64,000 nt of DNA from an uncultured Anaeromassilibacillus sp. (GTDB lineage: Bacteria; Bacillota; Clostridia; Oscillospirales; Acutalibacteraceae). Below the pieces are notes generated by a model that was given only the letters and a program-made list of their open reading frames with translations, did not search any database and was not told where the DNA came from. Position 1 is the stretch's first letter, and each line of letters starts with the position of its first letter. Where the stretch lies: contig CAKNKY010000006.1 in assembly GCA_930987725.1 (NCBI GenBank), positions 3,476 to 67,475 of the forward strand, written 5' to 3'. Positions 28,901-36,058 of this stretch are shown in pieces. The translations under genes were made by a program, and so were the position numbers.

Positions 28901-29249
28901 CCTGGACGAGAGCGACTTCTACACCGGATGCGCCATGCGCCGGCTGGGCCGCGAGCAGGAGGCCGCCGCGCTTTACCGCTCCATGCTGGAGCAGGCGGAC
29001 CGGATCCTGCGCGAGGAGGACAGCCTGCCGTATTTCGGCGGCTTTGTCTCCAACCTGCCGGGCGAACACAGCGTGCGCATTGCGAATCACCGGCGCGCGC
29101 ATCCCGCAAAATTCTATGCGCTCACCGGCCTGGGCAGGCCGGAAGAAGCGCATCATGAAAAGGAACAGGCCGCAGCCTGGGGAGCCGAACTGAGGTGGCT
29201 TTCCCTGATTGAAACGGAACAGGAGGAATTGATCCATGAAAGCTTCTGA
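25968..29249 (+). CDS. DUF5107 domain-containing protein with C-terminal TPR-like repeats
   Basis: The N-terminus IPTYEMEEADPSPVFFDVRNHQGTRGNVYPIPM resembles the DUF5107 family. About 1090 aa. ATGA overlap with the GH43 stop. Confidence 0.75.
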   Translation: MITREKLVIPTYEMEEADPSPVFFDVRNHQGTRGNVYPIPMRDVFRSEKRDREYDSVRLENDYIRVVVLPELGGRIYEGYDKKADYHFVYKNQVIKPALIGLAGAWVSGGIEFNWPQHHRPTTYMPVDCRIEKGEDGSETAWMGEYEPLFGMKGMVGVTIWPDKAYVTVRTRLYNPTNAMQTFHWWANLAVSANENYQLKFPPDIDYITYHYKDAVSPFPIVKGEFARSWFGDGTDITWFKNIPSPASFFILNSDYNFMGGYDHGRHRGTVHVADHNVSVGKKFFTWGSREFGDVWHSNLTDEDGAYLEIMTGCYTDNQPDFAFLAPDETKIFEQTWYGLTELPDLKNAEKDGALGFTLSGETLSVGVNVTAEQPDARLTVCVKGEPVREETISLTPGTAYRCEAAVPAGTEEKDVSILLADREGRTVIGYAYRKPFFEGRETPKAHRPARRPCEIENQEELYLEGLQVEQYRHVTLRARDYYDEALRRDPDDIRCNDAMGQLLMKQGRPQDALPYFERAVRRSMLRNCNPRDGEPLFHYAWALELTGDEAEAARWYRKAAWNANVKAAALKQAAKLALRRGDLAEADACVKEALPFGAESLQLRFLSAYLARRTGKAKAAGEKNGETLRFDPLDYGALAETWFLSGEGEPEALLAVLNGRPLAWRTLLAQYLEIGAWQEVLALSRFAPQDLLLHFYTAYAAEKLGNTELCAGQEALAAQAPLAYSFPYTDTDRAVLLPFDREGPAHGRVCYLLGCLSYGRDDRRQGIRRWQQAVVRDPELWQAHRCLALGLMDECGDLTGARREIERAFALERSQGGAQPNGRLLLELLQIRRKSGVPVEELLGLLDRFPETVDSREDLALQRLVLCNEAGRPEKTVEYLRSRIYHPYEGGEGIVVHAHILAWLQLARKALAEGNPQQAVSCCEKALEYPENYEEGRGVNAREAAVYYYMAKAQETMGHAQDARAWLEKAANHRTGNLDESDFYTGCAMRRLGREQEAAALYRSMLEQADRILREEDSLPYFGGFVSNLPGEHSVRIANHRRAHPAKFYALTGLGRPEEAHHEKEQAAAWGAELRWLSLIETEQEELIHESF

Positions 29250-30279
29250 AAAAATCAAAGGCATTGTGTTTGCGTACAATACGACCGGAGAATATGACAT
29301 GGTGCGCGAGCTGGGCGTGGAATGGATGCGCCTGGGCATCGCCTTCCCGTGGAAGGACAAAATGTTCGGCACGCTGAGCGAGCAGTATCTGGAGGATCGC
29401 GAGGAGATCCGCCGCACGCACGATGCCGGTTTCCAGATCATGCCTGCCACGCCGTCCATGGGCGGCTTCACCTATGACGAAGCGCTCGGCAAGGCCTGCT
29501 GGCACGACAGCTTTCCCGATTTTGTAGGGGAAAAGGGCACGGAGGAATATTATGAGAACGTCCGCGAGGCCCTGCGCTTCATCTGTGAGGATCTCGGCGA
29601 CGATGCCGGCATCTACTGGCAGTGCATGAATGAGATCGATATCCCTACCTTTTCCCACGATTACCCGGACGATATCGTGGCGAACACCGCCCGCGCCTGC
29701 GCCGAGGGGATCCGCCGCGCCAGGCCGGACGCCCGCTGCGGCGTCAACATTGCAGGCTACAACGAGAATGCCGTCCATATGCTGGATTTGATTTACCGCG
29801 AAGGCCATTCCTTCTATTATGTGGGCGTGGATCAGTACTTCGGCTCCTGGCAGCCCGGCGACGTGGAGAACTGGAACGGCGTGATCGACGCGCTCTATGA
29901 GCGCTATCATCTGCCCGTGCTGGCCAATGAGTGGGGCTATTCCTCCGGCGGTGAATACACGACCGAGCACCCGGACATGACGAATGTGCCGGCCGGGTTC
30001 CCCGACGTGTGCGTCGTGAAAAAGTGGTTCCACGAGGTGGAGGGCGGCCATACGCCGGAAGTGCAGGCCGATTACTTTGACCGCGGCCTGAAGCTCTTTG
30101 CGGAGCACCCGCATTGCATCGGTTCGTTCATGTTCTGCTGGCGCGATGCCTACCACTGCTACCACTGCGGCGAGCCCGATTGCCCGGCCGAGTGCTACTG
30201 GGGCATCGTCACCACCGACTGCAAACCGAAGCCGGCCTACTACGCCGTGAAGGAAGCGCTGAAAAAATACTACGCCTGA
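29236..30279 (+). CDS. putative clan GH-A (TIM-barrel) glycoside hydrolase, family not assigned
   Basis: Candidate acid/base MNEID and nucleophile LANEWGYS in the expected order. There is an unusual CYHCGEPDCPAEC cysteine cluster near the C-terminus. It overlaps the DUF5107 gene end by 14 nt. Confidence 0.5.
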   Translation: MKASEKIKGIVFAYNTTGEYDMVRELGVEWMRLGIAFPWKDKMFGTLSEQYLEDREEIRRTHDAGFQIMPATPSMGGFTYDEALGKACWHDSFPDFVGEKGTEEYYENVREALRFICEDLGDDAGIYWQCMNEIDIPTFSHDYPDDIVANTARACAEGIRRARPDARCGVNIAGYNENAVHMLDLIYREGHSFYYVGVDQYFGSWQPGDVENWNGVIDALYERYHLPVLANEWGYSSGGEYTTEHPDMTNVPAGFPDVCVVKKWFHEVEGGHTPEVQADYFDRGLKLFAEHPHCIGSFMFCWRDAYHCYHCGEPDCPAECYWGIVTTDCKPKPAYYAVKEALKKYYA

Positions 30280-30292
30280 TTTTCCCTTTCTC

Positions 30293-30332
30293 AAAAAGCG
30301 CAGGCAGCCCGCGCGGGCTGCCTGCGCTTTTT
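30293..30332. terminator. bidirectional intrinsic terminator (hydrolase gene / GH29)
   Basis: AAAAAGCGCAGGCAGCCC / GGGCTGCCTGCGCTTTTT perfect arms. Confidence 0.8.
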
Positions 30333-30359
30333 CTGTGCGCCGTCTCCGGCGCGGTGTGT

Positions 30360-31715
30360 TCAGAACACCTGGATGCTCTTGAGTATGACGCTGTCCCGGG
30401 CGGCGGTGATCTGCACCGTCAGCGAGGAGATGAGCTCTTCCGTGTCGTCTTCCAGGGGATTGCGGTCCGCAAACGGATCGCGCAGCGCGCAGATCCGCTT
30501 GTGGCCGATGGTCGTCCCCTCATAGGAGGCGTACGGTTCCCCGTTTTTCGTGATGCGGAAGCCTTCCACACGCTGGCCCTGCGCAATGTCCTCCGCGAGC
30601 ACAACGTATTTCACGCCGGCGATCGGTTTGGCAAAGTGCAGGCGGAAGGCGGGCTGCATGTCCGGGCTTCCGGCCACGCGCTCGCAGGAAAAGGGGATCG
30701 GCGTGCCGAACTCGCGGCGGAGCAGATCGCCGTATTCCTTCAGCCGGGCGACATCTCGCCGGTCGAGCAGCCCTTCGCGCGTCGGCGGTACGTTCAGGTT
30801 GAAGCAGGCGTTCGCGCCCACCGACGTCAGATAGGTGCGGAACAGCCGTTCCAGCGAATGCGGCTCCTCCTCCTCGTGCCAGAACCAGCCCTTGCGGATC
30901 GACATGTCGATCTCGGCCGGCAGAAAGGCGAGGCCGCGGCTGTAGGCAATCCGCTCGCGGCTGCCGATGGCGTCGTCCGAAATGTACGCAAAGCATGTCC
31001 CCTGCCCGGCGAGCGGGCCGGGGCCCGTCTGCACGCGCGCGAACGGGCTGACCTCCGCCGGCACCACGGCCCACTCGGCGCAGCGGGCTTTTCCCGCCTC
31101 GTTGCCGCACCAGCGCACATCGGGGCCGTTGAAGATCACAGCGTGCGGCTGGAGGCGGTGCACCAGCTCAAAATACCGCTCCCAGTCGTATTCCTGCCGC
31201 TTGCCGTTCGGCCCTTCGCCGCATGCGCCGTCAAACCAGACATAGAAGATTTCGCCGTATTCCGTGAGCAGCTCCGTGAGCTGGCTGCAGAAATAGTCGT
31301 TGTAGGCCGGCGTGCCGTAAAGAGGGGAGTTCCTGTCCCACGGGGAAAGATAAAAACCGAATTTGAGGTTGCCCCGCCGGCAGGCCTCGGCGGCTTCGCG
31401 CACCACATCGCCGCGGAACGGGCTGTTTTTCACGCTGTGCTCCGTGAAGGCCGAAGGCCACAGGCAGAATCCGTCGTGGTGCTTCGCGGTGAGCACCATG
31501 CCGCGCATCCCGGCGGCCTTGATCGCTTCCACCCATTGGTCACAGTCGAGCTTTGTGGGGGCAAACACCGATTCCGGTTCCTGGCCGGTTCCCCATTCGA
31601 GGCCGGTGTAGGTGTTCGGACTGAAATGGATGAATGCGTACGTCTCCGTGTCGAACCAGTCAAGCTGGTTCTGCGTTGGGCGGACGTGGGCCGCCTCCTT
31701 CAGAAAATCTGGCAT
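30360..31715 (-). CDS. alpha-L-fucosidase (GH29)
   Basis: QLDWFDTETYAFIHFSPNTYTGLEWGTG...MVLTAKHHDGFCLWPS are canonical GH29 motifs. Confidence 0.9.
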   Translation of the reverse strand: MPDFLKEAAHVRPTQNQLDWFDTETYAFIHFSPNTYTGLEWGTGQEPESVFAPTKLDCDQWVEAIKAAGMRGMVLTAKHHDGFCLWPSAFTEHSVKNSPFRGDVVREAAEACRRGNLKFGFYLSPWDRNSPLYGTPAYNDYFCSQLTELLTEYGEIFYVWFDGACGEGPNGKRQEYDWERYFELVHRLQPHAVIFNGPDVRWCGNEAGKARCAEWAVVPAEVSPFARVQTGPGPLAGQGTCFAYISDDAIGSRERIAYSRGLAFLPAEIDMSIRKGWFWHEEEEPHSLERLFRTYLTSVGANACFNLNVPPTREGLLDRRDVARLKEYGDLLRREFGTPIPFSCERVAGSPDMQPAFRLHFAKPIAGVKYVVLAEDIAQGQRVEGFRITKNGEPYASYEGTTIGHKRICALRDPFADRNPLEDDTEELISSLTVQITAARDSVILKSIQVF

Positions 31716-31865
31716 GGTGCCGCTCCTTTCCGGTGTGACCTTGTGTTGTTTGGGCGGAATGTTTCTCCCGCACTGGTTTCATCATAGGGGGTTCCCGTGC
31801 CTGCGTCAAGCGCTGCCTGCAAAAAATTTCCTTTTGCCGCAGCGTGTGGGGTGAAAAACATTTCC

Positions 31866-31894
31866 TTGATTCGAAAGGACAAGATGTCTATAAT
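31866..31894 (+). promoter_or_regulatory. sigma-A type promoter for the GGDEF/EAL gene
   Basis: TTGATT, a 17-nt spacer, then TATAAT. Confidence 0.55.
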
Positions 31895-32032
31895 AGGAAA
31901 AGCGGGGGATTCTCAGCCGGGCTTAGGCCTGCCATGACGCTTTCGCAAACACGCCGCGCAAACGCGGAACGGAGTGAGACGAAATGATCAAATGGTTCTG
32001 CCTGCCAGAACTGCTCTCCCTGTTTTTTTCTT

Positions 32033-33868
32033 GTGCTCATCTATGTCTATTACCATGAAAAAAACGCTGTCCTCACGTTCCGGCGGCGCGTGTTTCACTG
32101 GATTTTCCGCCTTTCCATCCTCTCCATGGCGCTCGATCTTCTGTGCGCCAATCTGCTTGCCAGGCCCGCGGTCGTGCCCCAATGGGTCAACGAAGGGTTA
32201 AATGAGCTGTATTTTATCCTGATTGTAATAAACGAGAGCGTCATTGCGCTCTATGTATATGATCTGCTCTGCGAACATGGCCGGAGAAAGCGGGATTACC
32301 GGCTGGCTGTGGGCAGCCTGGTGGGATTCAACGCGGGATTTGCCGCCGTGGCGCTCACAAACAGCCTTACCGGTGCGCTCTTCTCCTTTTCAAAGGACGG
32401 GCACTACACCCGCGGCCCGCTCAATAAGCTCGGTTATGCGGTGATGGTCGCCGAGCTGGCAATTGCCCTGGCTTTTTACATGCGCAACCGCGCCATGCTG
32501 CCGGGCCGTGTGAGCCATGTGATCTGGACGCTGCCGCCCGTGGCGCTGCTGCTCGGCGGTCTGCAATTTCTTTATCCGGAGGTTCTGCTCAACGGCACCA
32601 TTCTCACATCGGCGGTGTTTGTCCTTTACAGCAATTTTCAGACCTGCCGTGTGGAGCAGGACTCTCTCACCAAGCTGGGCAACAGGCCGGCGCTTTTCGA
32701 GGATATTTCGCTGAAGGTGCGGCGCGGCTTCCGTTTTCAGGTGGTGGCGGTCACGTTCAAGACGCTGGGAGAGATCAACTGCCAGATGGGCCACAATGCC
32801 GGGGACGAGCTTCTGGTGCATGTGGCGGAGTGGGTGGCCTCGCTGCCGCACTGCACGGCCTACCGCTTTTCCAATATCACATTCGCGGCCGTTTTCCCCT
32901 TTCGAGGGGCCGGCGAGGCGAGCGAGAATTTTGAGCTGTTCCGCACGCGGTTCGGGAAACCCTGGCGGTTCGGCGGCACGGAACTCACGCTCTCCGTCGT
33001 CGTGTGCGAGATCATCTGGGACGGGCGGGAACTGGAGCCCTCCACTCTCGTGGAATACCTGGACGCCATGGCGCGCCCCTCCTCCGCGTCCGGCAGCGAA
33101 TGGATCCGGTTCAACAGTCTGGCGGCCGCGCGCATGGAGCGCCGCCAGCGGCTGGAATCCGTGCTTCGCCAGTCCGTGCATGACGATCGCTTCACGGTGG
33201 CCATGCAGCCGATGTACCACTGCAAAGACGGCACGTTTGCGAGCGCCGAGGTGCTGGCGCGGCTGTGCGATTATGAGGGCACGCAGCTCCCGGCCGGTGA
33301 GTTCATCCCGCTCGCGGAGCAGACAGGCCTCATCGAGGACATCAACTGGTCCGTGCAGCAGTTTCTGGACGCCCGCTTTTCCACCCGTGTGTGCGAATGT
33401 CTGGAGCGGTATCATCTGCCGCCGTCGCGCCTCAAGCTCGAGATCACAGAGCGCGTGATCTCGCAGGATCTGGAAAAGGTGAGGCGCATGATGGCTGCCC
33501 TGAGCGAAAAGGGAATCGGCTTTTACCTGGACGATTTCGGTGTGGGATACTCCAATTTTTCCATGCTTCTGCGGCTGCCGTTTGAGAGCGTGAAGATCGA
33601 TCGCAGCCTCATCGCGGGGATTCCGGACAGCCCGGAAAACAGGCTCATGGTGCGCAGCCTGATCTCGCTCTTCCACAGCTGCGGGTTCACCGTGATCTGC
33701 GAAGGCGTGGAGACGGCGGAGCAATGCCGGGTCGTGGAGGAACTCGGCGCGGACTGCATCCAGGGCTTCTATTATGCCAGCCCCATGGAGCCGCGTGCTT
33801 TTTCCGCTTTTCTGCGGCAGGCCCCCGCGCGCCCGGCGGTTCCCGCCGCGGTGCGGGCGGAAAATTAG
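32033..33868 (+). CDS. membrane sensor with a degenerate GGDEF domain and an EAL phosphodiesterase domain (5' end apparently frameshifted, see findings)
   Basis: Multi-TM N-terminus. The GGDEF position reads HNAGDELL. EAL-domain motifs are present: EVLARL, KLEITERV, YLDDFGVGYS, VKIDRSLI, CEGVETAEQ, QGFYYASP. An SD-preceded ATG at 31984 is in a different frame, joined through a T7 run. Confidence 0.85.
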   Translation: MLIYVYYHEKNAVLTFRRRVFHWIFRLSILSMALDLLCANLLARPAVVPQWVNEGLNELYFILIVINESVIALYVYDLLCEHGRRKRDYRLAVGSLVGFNAGFAAVALTNSLTGALFSFSKDGHYTRGPLNKLGYAVMVAELAIALAFYMRNRAMLPGRVSHVIWTLPPVALLLGGLQFLYPEVLLNGTILTSAVFVLYSNFQTCRVEQDSLTKLGNRPALFEDISLKVRRGFRFQVVAVTFKTLGEINCQMGHNAGDELLVHVAEWVASLPHCTAYRFSNITFAAVFPFRGAGEASENFELFRTRFGKPWRFGGTELTLSVVVCEIIWDGRELEPSTLVEYLDAMARPSSASGSEWIRFNSLAAARMERRQRLESVLRQSVHDDRFTVAMQPMYHCKDGTFASAEVLARLCDYEGTQLPAGEFIPLAEQTGLIEDINWSVQQFLDARFSTRVCECLERYHLPPSRLKLEITERVISQDLEKVRRMMAALSEKGIGFYLDDFGVGYSNFSMLLRLPFESVKIDRSLIAGIPDSPENRLMVRSLISLFHSCGFTVICEGVETAEQCRVVEELGADCIQGFYYASPMEPRAFSAFLRQAPARPAVPAAVRAEN

Positions 33869-33870
33869 GC

Positions 33871-33899
33871 TTGCGCCCCTGCGCCGGATGTGATAAAAT
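33871..33899 (+). promoter_or_regulatory. candidate promoter for the tRNA gene
   Basis: TTGCGC, a 17-nt spacer, then TAAAAT with an upstream TG (TGATAAAAT). Confidence 0.45.
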
Positions 33900-33947
33900 A
33901 TTTCATGTTCCCCTGAATGGGCGGATGACAGTTTGATCCGGTTTCGG

Positions 33948-34024
33948 GGGCCATTAGCTCAGTTGGTCAGAGCAGCCGGCTCATAACCGGTCGGTCCAAG
34001 GTTCGAGTCCTTGATGGCCCACCA
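33948..34024 (+). tRNA. tRNA with CAT anticodon (elongator tRNA-Met, or tRNA-Ile2 if lysidine-modified); CCA encoded
   Basis: GGGCCAT/ATGGCCC acceptor stem, D-arm AGCTCAGTTGGTCAGAGC, anticodon loop CTCATAA, T-arm CAAGGTTCGAGTCCTTG, discriminator A plus CCA. G1-C72 argues against an initiator. Confidence 0.9.
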
Positions 34025-34030
34025 CAGCAG

Positions 34031-34080
34031 ACAAATCCGAACCTTGCGCTAAACCGGCGCGAGGTTCGGATTTGTTGTCA
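34031..34080 (+). terminator. hairpin terminator after the tRNA
   Basis: ACAAATCCGAACCT / AGGTTCGGATTTGT followed by TGT. Confidence 0.6.
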
Positions 34081-34112
34081 CAGCGCCATTTTCGCGGAAA
34101 GGGGCGGCCTTT

Positions 34113-34982
34113 ATGATTCTGGATATTCACACGCATATTTTCCCGTTCGAAATTGCCTCCCTGGCGGTAGACAAGCTCAAGCGTGCCTCCCGCACCCGCC
34201 CGTTTACGGACGGCACCTCCGCCGGGCTCGTGCGTTCCCGGCAGGAGGCGGGCATTGACCTGTGCGCCGTGCTGCCCGTGGCCACCAGCCCGCAGCAGGT
34301 GGTGCGCATCAATGACCGCGCCATCCTCACCAACACGCTCACGGAGGAGACGGGCCTGTTTTCCTTCGGCGGCATGCACCCGGATTTTGAGGGTTGGAAA
34401 AGCGAACTGGCGCGTATCGCACATGCCGGGGTGAAGGGCATCAAACTGCACCCCGTCTTTCAGCGCGTCCGGCTGGACGATCCGCGCTATCTCCGGATCC
34501 TCGACTGCGCCGCCGGGCTGGGCCTGGTCACGCTCGTGCATGCCGGCCTTGACGTGGAGGAGGGTGCGGAGGTGTTCTGCACGCCGCAGATGATTTTGCA
34601 TGTCTCCCGGGAACTGGGGCGCATTCCGCTCATCCTGGCGCATATGGGCGGCTGGCGGCAGTGGGACGAGGCAGAGGAGGTGCTGCCGCAGACGCCGTTT
34701 TACCTCGACACCTCCTACTGCACCGGCCCCATTGCGCCGCTCGACCCGGAACAATGGGAGGGCCCGGTGGACACCATGCCGGGCGGGCAGTTTGTGCGTT
34801 TCGTGCGGCTGTTCGGCGCCGATCGCATCCTCTTTGGCAGCGACAGCCCGTGGCAGGATCAGAAGGCCGGTCTGGCGCGCATCCGCGCGTTCCCCCTCAC
34901 GGAGCAGGAGCTCGAGGGCATTCTGGGCGGGAATGCGGCGCGGCTGCTCGGCATTCCCGCCGGGCGCGCCGGCTTGATCTGA
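34113..34982 (+). CDS. amidohydrolase family protein (metal-dependent TIM-barrel hydrolase)
   Basis: MILDIHTHIFP..., GIKLHPVFQ, LVHAG, ILAHMGG and LFGSDSPW are the typical metal-ligand pattern of the COG2159-like family. Confidence 0.83.
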   Translation: MILDIHTHIFPFEIASLAVDKLKRASRTRPFTDGTSAGLVRSRQEAGIDLCAVLPVATSPQQVVRINDRAILTNTLTEETGLFSFGGMHPDFEGWKSELARIAHAGVKGIKLHPVFQRVRLDDPRYLRILDCAAGLGLVTLVHAGLDVEEGAEVFCTPQMILHVSRELGRIPLILAHMGGWRQWDEAEEVLPQTPFYLDTSYCTGPIAPLDPEQWEGPVDTMPGGQFVRFVRLFGADRILFGSDSPWQDQKAGLARIRAFPLTEQELEGILGGNAARLLGIPAGRAGLI

Positions 34983-35001
34983 CTCTTTTTCGGGCAAACG
35001 G

Positions 35002-35066
35002 AATCCCCCGGCACAGCCTGTGCCGGGGGATTTTTTGCAAGGCGCCCCGCGCAGGGGCGCCTTTTC
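35002..35066. terminator. two adjacent GC-rich hairpins between convergent genes
   Basis: AATCCCCCGGCACA/TGTGCCGGGGGATT plus T6, then AAGGCGCCCC/GGGGCGCCTT plus TTTT. Confidence 0.7.
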
Positions 35067-35084
35067 GATTTTGGATGCGGCCGC

Positions 35085-36026
35085 TCAGTAGAGGCTGCGC
35101 ATAAAATGATCGACGGAAGCTTCATCCGTGGGATTGACCCCGTTGCGCGTGGGGAAGAGGGAGAGGTTCTCCACATGGCGCACGCCCTCCCCGGGGTTCA
35201 CGATGCAGATGGGGCTAAAGGAATCCAGCTCGGCGCAGGCGGATGTGACGCGCGTGCGGAAGGAGCAGCCGTGGTGCGGGTAAAAGCAGGTTTCATCGTG
35301 CACATAGCGCTTGATGAACGTCACCTCCGGCAGCACATAGGCGGCCCAGCCGGTCACGTTGTTCGTGCCCATGGCAAAGGGCTTTTTTGCCGTCTCATCC
35401 TGCATGAGAGTGAAGTAGCATTCCCCCGCCCAGAGCCGGTGATCCGTGAGCGCGGAACCGGGCCAGAACGCCAGGACGCGGTTCGGGGCCAGGCCGCCGC
35501 TGTCGCCGTTCTGGGGGATGATCTCGATACCGCCGGGCCGAAGGGCGGTGGAAGACCACACGGAGAGACGCTTTCGCTCATGGGAGACGTTCTTTACGCT
35601 GTGCACCACCATCATATCGGAAGCGCCGTCGCCCAGCAGAAGCTCCGTCGTGCACTTGAGCCCGTCCGCCTTTTCCCGCAGCATAATGAGCGAAACGCCG
35701 TCCGGCTTGATGGCGTAGACCACGGGTTCGTTGTCTGGAAAGAAACTTTCCGGCATGCGGATGGGCGCCAGCGAAGCAAAATGGCCGCCGCGCCGGTAGA
35801 ATGCCGTGCCCTTTCCGTAGCGCTCCTCCAGTTCCGGGCCGGAAACGGTGGGCTCCGCCGAACTGTCCTCAAAAAAGGTGTTTTTCCCGCCCTCCAGGCG
35901 GAAGGACACGATGCGCGGGCCGTATTCCACGGTGACAATCGCTTCCAGGATCCCGTTCGTCAGGCGCAGGCAGCGCCCCCACGGTTCGTAAGAAACTTCC
36001 TTGATTTCAATGGACAAGCCAACCAA
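35085..36026 (-). CDS. hypothetical protein (possibly mutarotase-like beta-sandwich; family uncertain)
   Basis: 313-aa ORF with genome-typical codon usage, 32 nt downstream of tmcAL on the same strand. I recognise no catalytic motif. The start may be the TTG at 36026 or at 36017. Confidence 0.5.
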   Translation of the reverse strand: MVGLSIEIKEVSYEPWGRCLRLTNGILEAIVTVEYGPRIVSFRLEGGKNTFFEDSSAEPTVSGPELEERYGKGTAFYRRGGHFASLAPIRMPESFFPDNEPVVYAIKPDGVSLIMLREKADGLKCTTELLLGDGASDMMVVHSVKNVSHERKRLSVWSSTALRPGGIEIIPQNGDSGGLAPNRVLAFWPGSALTDHRLWAGECYFTLMQDETAKKPFAMGTNNVTGWAAYVLPEVTFIKRYVHDETCFYPHHGCSFRTRVTSACAELDSFSPICIVNPGEGVRHVENLSLFPTRNGVNPTDEASVDHFMRSLY

Positions 36027-36058
36027 CCCTCCAGATGAAACGGATTAAAGGCAGGCGC

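Noticed and set aside
33948-36026. tRNA gene as an integration hotspot with a downstream island.
   Set aside because: There is no integrase, no repeat of the tRNA 3' end downstream and no compositional change. The downstream genes (amidohydrolase, hypothetical, tmcAL) look native.
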